Assembly: GCA_964477035.1 (NCBI GenBank)
Contig: CAYZCW010000004.1
Location: forward strand, 187,882-251,881
Direction of reading: 5' to 3'
From: an uncultured Bacteroidales bacterium
GTDB lineage: Bacteria > Bacteroidota > Bacteroidia > Bacteroidales > UBA7960
DNA length: 64,000 nucleotides
The notes under the pieces are model-generated. The model was not told the origin of the DNA and made no database searches. It saw only the letters and a program-made list of their open reading frames with translations. Positions 9,913 to 17,950 of this stretch are shown in pieces; positions within the stretch are counted from its first letter, which is position 1; each line of letters begins with the position of its first letter. The translations under genes and the position numbers were made by a program.

Positions 9913-11274
9913 TTATTGTTGAACAATGTCTCCAAGGTTCCTGATCAGCAGCTGGGGGTTGTTGAAAACAGACAGGATCCCGGTGATGGTCACGGGGCCT
10001 TCCGGCACCTGGTCGTCGGCAAAGCTGGCCCAGCTGTGTGTGTACAGGGCCATCTGCCCCGTTGCATCGCTGAGTGTGGCCCCCTGCCGGAAAGCGGGTC
10101 CACCGCTTATGGACACATTGGTGAAACGAACCAGGGTGGACTGGTACCGGTCCATGCCGGCGATGGCCTCCTGGATGGTGAGGGTCACCGGTTCGGGCAG
10201 GCTGCCCGGACCCAGGTCATAAGCATTGCCATTGGGCAGGTTTTCGATCTGCAACAGGCCGTTATAAAGGGACATGGGCATGGGAGAGGCAAAGACCACC
10301 CGGATCCGTGTGCCCAGCGGGAAGTCATGAAATGAACTGAATCTCAGTGTGATTCCGGCTCCGGACTCGTCCATGAGAAAGAGGTTTTGCCCGGGATGGT
10401 TTTCATGTTCGTTGTCGGATACGACCACTCCTTCTATGCGTGAACCGGATGGAATGTTCACATTGCCCGCCGCAAAGGCTTCCCGGAGGGACAGGATGCT
10501 TAACCGCTCGTAATCGTCGCCCGGGACGGGACAACGGTCCCCGTCGAGCTGTACCTCCGCGATGTCCCGGATCAGCAACTGCATGTCGTTCTGGAACTGG
10601 GACACCACCGCCACCAGGCTCCCCCCGCCATCGGGAATTGTGTGATCAGCGAAACCGGCATACCCGCTGGTGCGGACAATGATGCGGTTGCCGGCACAAT
10701 CCTCCAGCATCCGGTTCTCGGTCAGCAGACGCTCACTGTCTGCAAAAGGCCTTCCGGTATCTGCCGGGATGAACTGAACATCCTCCAGCCGGACAAGGCG
10801 CCCCTGGTAATTGCCGGAACGCAACTGCGGGATGCCGGTGAGGGCGGGCATGACTTCCTTTTCCAGCGCGATCTTATGGATGTGGCGGTCCACGTTCACA
10901 TTTTCAACTTGCAGCAGGCGCTGGTAAGAGCTCAGGGTGGTGCCCCTGAGGTACAGCCTGACGGAGTCGCCCCGGTAGATGCCGCCCGGGGCCACCAGCC
11001 GCAGGTTGATGCCGCCGGTGGCATCCTCGATGTAGGCGCTGCGGTAGATATTGCCGGACTTGTCGTCCATGGTCACGGTGGCGTAAACCGAATAATCCCC
11101 TTCGAAGAGGACCGGTTCCCCCTGGAACATGTCACGCAGCCCGGCCACCGTCATCACGGTCCCTTCGGGCAGTTGCCAGGCGGGGGGTGGGTCGAAATCG
11201 TCATGGATGCATCCGGCCTGAATGAAGGCCAGGAGGATTGCTATTGTGATGCGGAAAGCGCTGATTCTTGCCAT
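9913..11274 (-). CDS. Surface lipoprotein with repeated OB-fold-like (DUF5689-like) modules
   Basis: It has a lipobox (IQAGC). Three copies of a module of the type SGNIYR..IED.TGGINLRL..GD.VR..L.G..L..Y..LLQ are visible. A 15-nt gap separates it from the TBDR gene and a 12-nt gap from the next lipoprotein gene. Confidence 0.7.
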   Translation of the reverse strand: MARISAFRITIAILLAFIQAGCIHDDFDPPPAWQLPEGTVMTVAGLRDMFQGEPVLFEGDYSVYATVTMDDKSGNIYRSAYIEDATGGINLRLVAPGGIYRGDSVRLYLRGTTLSSYQRLLQVENVNVDRHIHKIALEKEVMPALTGIPQLRSGNYQGRLVRLEDVQFIPADTGRPFADSERLLTENRMLEDCAGNRIIVRTSGYAGFADHTIPDGGGSLVAVVSQFQNDMQLLIRDIAEVQLDGDRCPVPGDDYERLSILSLREAFAAGNVNIPSGSRIEGVVVSDNEHENHPGQNLFLMDESGAGITLRFSSFHDFPLGTRIRVVFASPMPMSLYNGLLQIENLPNGNAYDLGPGSLPEPVTLTIQEAIAGMDRYQSTLVRFTNVSISGGPAFRQGATLSDATGQMALYTHSWASFADDQVPEGPVTITGILSVFNNPQLLIRNLGDIVQQ

Positions 11275-11289
11275 GGGATGGGTCGTTTT

Positions 11290-13872
11290 CTAAAACCGGA
11301 AAGCCAGGTTCAGGAAGTAGGTCCTGCCGTATAAATAAAAATACTTGGATTCGAAGCGATCGGGCTGGTGGGGATCGTAGCGCAGCTGTTCGAAACCTCC
11401 GATGTTGAGGTCTTTGGCATCCAGAAGGTTGCTGATGCTCAGGTTGATGTTCAGAAAGTAGTCGTTACGGATGCGCCAGGACTTGCCTGCAAACAGGTCG
11501 AGGGTGAAGCCGGGGTCCAGCTTTTCCTGTTTCAGCAGTTGGTCCCATTGCGGGTCTGTGACCACGAGATGCTGCACGGCTTCGGCGGTCCGCCTGTCGG
11601 GATTGATGTCCATATACCCGTTGGCAAACACATTGCCGTTGATGCCGACAAACCAGAAATTCGGATTGTCATAGCGGAGTCCCGCCGATGCCGCCGAATG
11701 GGTCATTCCGCCCACCTTGTAATTCTTCAGGTACACGGTGCGCTGGTCGGAAATGACTTCAAAGTCGTTGTCCCTGGCGATGGTGACCACCGGCCGTGAA
11801 TTGTAAAAATAATCTCCCGTGCCGGCGACCAGGTAGGCCGACAGGGTGGAGGACAATACGATGTCGGTCCCGAATTCAATCCCCAGGTGGCGGGTGTCCA
11901 CGCCCGTCATGATGTAGTTGACAAAGGTGCGGAACTCCTCATGGTAAAAGCTTCTTGACCAGGTCTGGTCCAGGAAATCGGTATAAAACAGGGTGATTCT
12001 GGATTTAATCCGGGGGCTGCGTATGAAATAACTGACATCGGCCGTGCGGATCGTCTCGCTCCGGAGCCCCTCAATCACGTGGTCCCGGACACGGGATGAA
12101 ATATAGGCATCGCGAAAGTAGGGGGCCCTTGTCATATAGGCCGCATTGGCCGTGAAGTAATGCCGGCCGGTCATTTTGAAGGTGGTGCCGCCCTTGAAGC
12201 CGAAATTGACAAATTGCTGTTTTTCACTTGCACCGTAAGAGTTGTCCGGGAACCTCGGGTTCTGCATATGCCCGGTTCGCCAGAAACTGGTCATGGAAAG
12301 GGTCCCGGCCACAAAGAAGTCCCATCGCGGCAGCACCCATTCACTCTGGGCAAAGGCCGTATACTGGTTGATGTGGCCGGTAAAGTCGTAACCAAACCGG
12401 TCTCCCTTGCCCACCAGGCGGTTGGGGTGGCGCATGTCGCTCTGGGCCATGTCGCTGTCGGCAAAATCCCTTTCGGCGAACTGGTCGATGTCCAGCCACC
12501 AGTCACCTCCCAGCAGGTCCTCGATCACCTTGAACTGGTGGGTCTTTGCAAGGGAAACCTGCAGGCCTCCCGAGAGGGTCTGTTCCGGGGACACAATATG
12601 CTCCAGGTTGGTGTTGAAGACCAGCTGGGTCCTGTCGGTGCGCCGTTCCTCCACGATGTATTTCGACCGCAGGCCGGTGACCGTATTGCCTTCCACCCCA
12701 TTGGCATGACGGACGGCGGCCAGGTTCCTGCTGTTGGCATTGTACAGCCAGTCCCAGTTGATCTGGCGGAAGTCCTCGTTGGTCTGCCACAGGCTGGTCA
12801 GCCAGGCCTGCGTCTCCGGGTCGTTGGCGTGGTAACTCGGCAGCCAGCGGTAATAATCGGGGCGCGGGTCGCCGGCCAGGTGAAAGTTCCAGTCGTCGTA
12901 GGAGGCATGGCTGTCATACCAGTTCAGGGCGGTGGACCCCCCCCTCCCGAAAGCGTAAGCCATGCTGGTGGTCAGGGTGGTGTTGCCCTGCGGCTCCCAA
13001 TAGTGCGACAAGATCAGGTGGGGTGTATGGTAGTGGTTGACGCGGGAGTTGCGTACCTCCCCGTTCTGGTAGCCCCAGTTGGGGTTGTAGAAATTGTCTC
13101 CCGTAAGGTCATAGGCCTCCTGGGTGGCCACCCCGGGCCGTCCGGTGCGGGAAGGCGCTCCGAAGCCGATGAAGCCGATGCTGTGCCTGTCGTTCAGCCG
13201 GCGTTCGGCCGACACAAAATAGGCCCAGGCATCATAAAACGTGCCCTTGACATAGCCTTCTTCGGCGGATCGCCTGGAGCCGCTGATGGTCAGGGCCCAG
13301 CCGTTGTCCTGCATGCCGGTGGCGTGGGTGAACATGGCCCGGTGGACATAGCTGCGGTTGGCATTGCTGTATGTCATGCGGGTGGTGGGACTGTACTGGG
13401 AGGCCCTGGTCACGATGTTGGTGGCGCCCCCTATGGCCCCGAAATGCTCCCTGGCCACCCCGATGCCGCTGTGCCCCACGGTCATGCGGGTGGCGTCGTT
13501 CAGCCCGCCCCAGGTGGAATAGAAGGCCCTGCCGGTTTCGGGGTCGTTTACCGGGATGCCGTTGATCATCACCAGGGTGTTTTCCGAATCATACCCGCGG
13601 ATGCGGTACCTGGCCGCCCCGAAGTTATAACCCGCCGTGGACACATAGATGTCGCGCGATCCCTGCAGCAGGCTGGAGATGTCGTAAGAATCGGCATCCC
13701 CTTCCATGTCTTCGGCCGTCAGGGTGATGATGGGGATGTCGGGGTCTTGTCCGGGGGGGATGGTGTCTGAAGACAGTGCCCCGGTCTGGGTCGCAGAGGC
13801 CGGCGTCTGTCCGCTGGCGGCAAGGGGTATGACCCATCCGACGAAAAAAAGGACGATGAAATATCTGCTCAT
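11290..13872 (-). CDS. TonB-dependent outer-membrane receptor
   Basis: 860 aa with a signal peptide, a plug block (RYRIRGYDSENTLVMINGIPVNDPETG) and a C-terminal barrel ending YFLNLAFRF. Confidence 0.85.
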   Translation of the reverse strand: MSRYFIVLFFVGWVIPLAASGQTPASATQTGALSSDTIPPGQDPDIPIITLTAEDMEGDADSYDISSLLQGSRDIYVSTAGYNFGAARYRIRGYDSENTLVMINGIPVNDPETGRAFYSTWGGLNDATRMTVGHSGIGVAREHFGAIGGATNIVTRASQYSPTTRMTYSNANRSYVHRAMFTHATGMQDNGWALTISGSRRSAEEGYVKGTFYDAWAYFVSAERRLNDRHSIGFIGFGAPSRTGRPGVATQEAYDLTGDNFYNPNWGYQNGEVRNSRVNHYHTPHLILSHYWEPQGNTTLTTSMAYAFGRGGSTALNWYDSHASYDDWNFHLAGDPRPDYYRWLPSYHANDPETQAWLTSLWQTNEDFRQINWDWLYNANSRNLAAVRHANGVEGNTVTGLRSKYIVEERRTDRTQLVFNTNLEHIVSPEQTLSGGLQVSLAKTHQFKVIEDLLGGDWWLDIDQFAERDFADSDMAQSDMRHPNRLVGKGDRFGYDFTGHINQYTAFAQSEWVLPRWDFFVAGTLSMTSFWRTGHMQNPRFPDNSYGASEKQQFVNFGFKGGTTFKMTGRHYFTANAAYMTRAPYFRDAYISSRVRDHVIEGLRSETIRTADVSYFIRSPRIKSRITLFYTDFLDQTWSRSFYHEEFRTFVNYIMTGVDTRHLGIEFGTDIVLSSTLSAYLVAGTGDYFYNSRPVVTIARDNDFEVISDQRTVYLKNYKVGGMTHSAASAGLRYDNPNFWFVGINGNVFANGYMDINPDRRTAEAVQHLVVTDPQWDQLLKQEKLDPGFTLDLFAGKSWRIRNDYFLNINLSISNLLDAKDLNIGGFEQLRYDPHQPDRFESKYFYLYGRTYFLNLAFRF

Positions 13873-13905
13873 GGGAAAGGATTGTGGCTAGTTCATCAAA
13901 ATGAT

Positions 13906-13927
13906 TATTTTTGAACAATCAAAAATA
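13906..13927. promoter_or_regulatory. Pair of overlapping, oppositely oriented -7 boxes forming a 20-bp palindrome
   Basis: TATTTTTG occurs on the plus strand at 13906-13913 and on the minus strand at 13927-13920. Together they give ATTTTTGA-acaa-TCAAAAAT (13907-13926) in the TBDR/EEP divergent region. Confidence 0.45.
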
Positions 13928-13976
13928 GCCATTTTCCGTGGGACTGACCACGGAAGTCTGGGAAAAACCGCACCCG

Positions 13977-15071
13977 ATGAAAACCACCACGAAATATTGC
14001 CTGCGGTTTCCTGTCAGCTGGGCCACATATCTTATAGCGATCCTGGTGTTTTTTGGTCTCCCGGAACCGGCAAGGACGGGAACACCCCCAGCGGAAGGCC
14101 GTCAGGAATTTATCAGCCTGTGCATCGGATTCTACAATGTGGAGAACCTGTTTGACACCATCAATGACCCCGAAATCCGTGACGAAGAATTCACCCCGGA
14201 AGGGGTCAACCGCTGGACGGGGGCACGTTACCTTGAAAAACTGGAGAACCTGGCGGAGGTCATCCATAAGATGGGCCAGGAGCTCAATGCGGACGGGCCG
14301 GCCGTATTGGGCCTTTCCGAGGTGGAGAACAGGGCGGTGCTTGAGGACCTGGCGGCACAGGAAGCCATCCGCGACCGTCATTACCAGGTGGTCCATTATG
14401 AAGGACCGGATGCCAGGGGGGTGGACGTGGCCTTTTTGTACCAGCCAAAATACTTCACGTACATCAGCAGCAAGGCCTATCCGACGGTGATCGAAGGGAT
14501 GCCGGACTTCAGGACGCGCGACCAGCTGCTGCTGACGGGGGAGTTGTTGGGAGAAAGAATGCATTTCATCGTGGCCCACTGGCCCAGCCGCAGGGGCGGT
14601 GAGCGGCGCAGCCGGCCCTTGAGGATTGCCAAGGCGGACATCGCGCGCCACATCATCGATTCCATCCAGGGGGCCGAACCCGGAGCCAAAATTTTCTTCA
14701 TGGGCGACCTGAATGACAACCCCACCGATGTCAGCGTGCGCCGCCATCTTCGCTCCAGGGGCCAGGCGGAAGATGTCGGGGAGGATGAGCTGTTCAATCC
14801 CTTCGAGAGCCTGTACAGAAGGGGCATCGGCTCCAACGCCTGGCGCGATTCCTGGAGCCTGTTCGACCAGATCCTGCTCAGTCCGGGTTTGCTGGGCGAC
14901 GATTACCGTTCATTCAGGTTTTTCAGGGCCGAGGTGTTCAACAGGCCGTTCCTCAGGCAATCTTCCGGCCGATTCCAGGGGTACCCCTTCAGGACTTACG
15001 GCAGCGGGGTGTATCTCGGTGGTTACAGCGATCATTTTCCAACCTATGTGTTCCTGATCAGGGAACGATAA
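13977..15071 (+). CDS. Secreted endonuclease/exonuclease/phosphatase (EEP) family protein, probable nuclease
   Basis: The EEP start motif GFYNVENLFD and the blocks LGLSEVEN and GDLND are present, with an N-terminal signal/TM segment (ATYLIAILVFFGL). The start was set to MKTTTKY; an upstream GTG at 13938 is also possible. Confidence 0.8.
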   Translation: MKTTTKYCLRFPVSWATYLIAILVFFGLPEPARTGTPPAEGRQEFISLCIGFYNVENLFDTINDPEIRDEEFTPEGVNRWTGARYLEKLENLAEVIHKMGQELNADGPAVLGLSEVENRAVLEDLAAQEAIRDRHYQVVHYEGPDARGVDVAFLYQPKYFTYISSKAYPTVIEGMPDFRTRDQLLLTGELLGERMHFIVAHWPSRRGGERRSRPLRIAKADIARHIIDSIQGAEPGAKIFFMGDLNDNPTDVSVRRHLRSRGQAEDVGEDELFNPFESLYRRGIGSNAWRDSWSLFDQILLSPGLLGDDYRSFRFFRAEVFNRPFLRQSSGRFQGYPFRTYGSGVYLGGYSDHFPTYVFLIRER

Positions 15072-15085
15072 AAACCCGTTTTACC

Positions 15086-15316
15086 ATGGTCCCGAGAAAA
15101 CGCAGGCGCAAGCCCATCAGGTTCCGGCAGATATCGTTCAAGTTCACCGAAGGACAAAAAGCTGCGCTGGAGAGGTATTGCCGGGCCCACAACCTGACAC
15201 CCATCCGGTTCATCAAGTCGCTTGTCCTGGACAGGGTGGAACGGTTCCGGCCGGAGGCGCTCCCGCCGAGTTACGTGACGCCCAACCAGCTGGATCTGTT
15301 TGAAAAGGGTGAATAG
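15086..15316 (+). CDS. Small ribbon-helix-helix-like protein
   Basis: 76 aa with a basic N-terminus. ISFKFTEGQKAALERYCRAHNLTPIRFIKSLVLDRV fits the strand-helix-helix pattern of CopG/MobC-type RHH proteins. It starts 14 nt after the EEP stop. Confidence 0.45.
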   Translation: MVPRKRRRKPIRFRQISFKFTEGQKAALERYCRAHNLTPIRFIKSLVLDRVERFRPEALPPSYVTPNQLDLFEKGE

Positions 15317-15320
15317 CCGC

Positions 15321-15372
15321 TCCGGCCGGCCCTTCTGAAGCAAGCTTCGGGGGCTGTCCGAACCCGGCCGGA
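15321..15372. other. Long GC-rich hairpin between convergent genes (possible non-canonical terminator)
   Basis: TCCGGCCGG (15321-15329) pairs with CCGGCCGGA (15364-15372). There is no flanking T-run on either strand. Confidence 0.3.
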
Positions 15373-15380
15373 CCGCCTGC

Positions 15381-17804
15381 CTAGCGGAAATCAGCGATGG
15401 TGATCCCGGCCCCCCCCCGGTCGGGATGTTCGTCCCGGAATCGCTGCACCTCCGGAACGTTTTGAAGGTATTGCCGAACGGCCTGGCGCAGGATGCCATC
15501 CCCTTTCCCGTGAAGGATCCTCACCTGTTTGATCCCAAGCAGGATGCCGTCGTCTACCAGGAGCCTGAGCCGGCTGAGGGCCTCTTCCACGCGCAGGCCC
15601 CTGAGGTCCGCCTCCGGATTGTATTCCGCGGCCTTCTCATTGATGTTGAAATCCAGCCTCGTGCGTGACACGGTGGGGCGGGAGTGGCCTTGCCCGGCTT
15701 CCAGTTTCTCCAGTTTTGTCAGCTGCGTCCGGAACTTGATGCTCCCGAAGCTCACCACGGCTTGTTCTCCGCTGATCTCCATGACCTCCCCGGGGGTTTG
15801 CTGCCCGCTGACCCTCACGGTATCGCCCACCCGCACCGGACCCCTGCCGGCTTTCAGCTGCACGGGACCTCCGGGTGGCGGTGCCTTCTTCTCCGTGGCT
15901 TTCAGGTCTGCCTCCTGCTGCTCCCTGTATGCCTTCAGGGCCTCCCTCGCCTTGCGGGTTTCTTCCTTGCTGGCCTGGGCTTCCTTGATGTCCCGGATGG
16001 TCTTTTCAATGATCCGGTTCGCATCCGAGAGGATCTTTCTGGCCTCCTGCCGTGACTGTTGCAGGATGTCGCTTTTCCGTCCTTCCAGTGTCCTGCTCAG
16101 GTCCTCATATTTTCCGATCATCTCTGTCAGGAAGGCTTCGGCCGAGCGAAGCTCCTTTTCTTTTTGCTCCAGTTCGAGCTTTTTGACTTCCAGGTCCTGC
16201 AGCTGCTTGTCAAAATCCAGGTCCTGGTTCCCGATGAAGGTGGCCGCCTTGTCGAGCACCCTGGCGGGCAGGCCGATGGTCCTGGCAATTTCGAAGGCAA
16301 AACTGCTGCCCGGACTGCCTGCTTTAAGCCGGAACAGCGGCCGCATATGGCGGGTGTCGAACAACATGGAACCGTTTTGTATGCCCTCCTGTCTGCCCGC
16401 CATCAGCTTCAGGTTGGCATAATGGGTGGTGACCAGGCCAAAGGCCTTCCTGGCGTTCAGCTCCTCCAGGAGGGCCTCCGCGATGGCCCCCCCGATGCGG
16501 GGCTCGGTGCCGGATCCGAACTCATCAATCAGGAACAGGCTTTTGTCGTTGCAGTGTTCCAGAATGAATTTCATGTGGAGCAGGTGGGAGCTGTATGTGC
16601 TCAGGTCGTTCTCCAGGGATTGTTCATCGCCGATGTCGATGAACAGGGACCGGAAGATTCCCATTTCGGAATAGTCGGTCATCGGGACCAGCAGTCCGCA
16701 TTGCACCATGTACTGAAGCAGGCCGCAGGTTTTCAGGCACACCGACTTGCCGCCCGCATTGGGTCCCGAGATGATGAGGATGCGGTTCTCCTGGTCCAGG
16801 TCCAGGTCCAGGGGTTCCACGTGCTTTTTCTGGGGTTTATAGGCCAGGTACAACAGCGGGTGGCGGGCCCGGACCCAGTGGATCACCGGCCGGTCGCTGA
16901 TCCGTGGCTTCTGGGCTTCCATCTCCAGTGCCAGCCGGGCCCTGGCCCGGAATGCGTCCATGTGGGCAAGCATGTCGTAGCCCGCCTCCAGCCTGGGGAT
17001 GGCGGGCCGCAGCTCATCGGCAAAGGCTTTGAGGATGCGCACGACCTCCTGCCGCTCATCCAGCTCCAGCTCGTGGACCTGGTTGTTCAGTTCGAAGACC
17101 TCTTCCGGTTCCAGGAATACGGTTTGTCCCGTGGCCGACTGGTCATGGACGAAGCCCCTGATCCTGCGCTTGTGTGCCGCAGCCACGGGGATGACCTGCC
17201 TGCCGCCCCGGAGGGACAATCCGGTGTCCTGGGAAATCCATCCCTGGGATTTGCCCAGGGAAAGGATCTGTTCGATCCGCCTGTTCGCACGTTCTTCCAG
17301 GCTGGCTTTGCTCCTGCGTATCTCTGCAAGGGCCGGGGAGGCGGAGCTGCGCACCCGGGCTTTTTCGTCCAGGATGCGGTCCAGCTGCCGCAGCAGGTCT
17401 CTTTCCGGTTCCATGCCGCTTGTCAGCCGGGCAAGCCAGGGGAACTTCAGCTCACCCCCTCCGTCTCTTTTCTCCATGAAACGGATCACCTCCTCCATGG
17501 TTTCAAGGGAATGCTGCAGTTCGATCAGGATCTCCGGTTCGGCATAGGTGCCGCGGATGCGCAGCTCCCTGAACAGGTCTTCCGGGTCAAAATAACCCGA
17601 ACCGGGGAAGGGATCGGGCCCGAGCAGGATCTGGCAAAACTCCCAGCCCTGGTTCAGCAGGGTCCGGATCCGCTCCGGGTCGGTCGAAAAGCCTATGGCA
17701 TGCACCTGTTTCCGGCCCAGCGGACTGAAGCATCGTTCCAGCAGGAGTCCCCGGATCCGGTCGAATCCTGTTTTTTCCTCGAAATGTGCGGAGAAGCTTG
17801 CCAA
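15381..17804 (-). CDS. mutS2: Endonuclease MutS2
   Basis: 807 aa with Walker A ISGPNAGGKS, a charged coiled-coil linker and a C-terminal Smr domain (LRGLRVEEAL...ILHGKGDGILR). Confidence 0.9.
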   Translation of the reverse strand: MASFSAHFEEKTGFDRIRGLLLERCFSPLGRKQVHAIGFSTDPERIRTLLNQGWEFCQILLGPDPFPGSGYFDPEDLFRELRIRGTYAEPEILIELQHSLETMEEVIRFMEKRDGGGELKFPWLARLTSGMEPERDLLRQLDRILDEKARVRSSASPALAEIRRSKASLEERANRRIEQILSLGKSQGWISQDTGLSLRGGRQVIPVAAAHKRRIRGFVHDQSATGQTVFLEPEEVFELNNQVHELELDERQEVVRILKAFADELRPAIPRLEAGYDMLAHMDAFRARARLALEMEAQKPRISDRPVIHWVRARHPLLYLAYKPQKKHVEPLDLDLDQENRILIISGPNAGGKSVCLKTCGLLQYMVQCGLLVPMTDYSEMGIFRSLFIDIGDEQSLENDLSTYSSHLLHMKFILEHCNDKSLFLIDEFGSGTEPRIGGAIAEALLEELNARKAFGLVTTHYANLKLMAGRQEGIQNGSMLFDTRHMRPLFRLKAGSPGSSFAFEIARTIGLPARVLDKAATFIGNQDLDFDKQLQDLEVKKLELEQKEKELRSAEAFLTEMIGKYEDLSRTLEGRKSDILQQSRQEARKILSDANRIIEKTIRDIKEAQASKEETRKAREALKAYREQQEADLKATEKKAPPPGGPVQLKAGRGPVRVGDTVRVSGQQTPGEVMEISGEQAVVSFGSIKFRTQLTKLEKLEAGQGHSRPTVSRTRLDFNINEKAAEYNPEADLRGLRVEEALSRLRLLVDDGILLGIKQVRILHGKGDGILRQAVRQYLQNVPEVQRFRDEHPDRGGAGITIADFR

Positions 17805-17818
17805 TGCATTGTTTTTTG

Positions 17819-17826
17819 CAAATGTA
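17819..17826 (-). promoter_or_regulatory. Candidate -7 box TACATTTG for mutS2
   Basis: Perfect TAnnTTTG on the minus strand, 14 nt upstream of the mutS2 ATG at 17804. Confidence 0.35.
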
Positions 17827-17950
17827 CTAAGATCCGAACAAAATAACCGGGCAGGCTGTTATGCCATCATTGGGAAGTCCCGTTTTTTTATGGTAAATTT
17901 ATGGGGGAAACAAGGGACCTGCGATCGTGTGGGCCGCAACACCCGGTGCC

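Noticed and set aside
12160-13770. Very long ORFs antisense to real genes. Examples are 12160-13770, 16059-17846, 23580-25286, 28902-30677, 35823-38012, 40437-41822, 45069-46088, 52009-53190, 59107-60063 and 20592-21569. Some are nearly as long as the gene they oppose.
   Set aside because: Their translations are low-complexity (G/P/R/A/H/Q-rich) with no recognisable motifs, while the opposite strand carries clear family signatures. In a GC3-biased genome, stop codons are rare on the antisense frame, so these are shadow ORFs.
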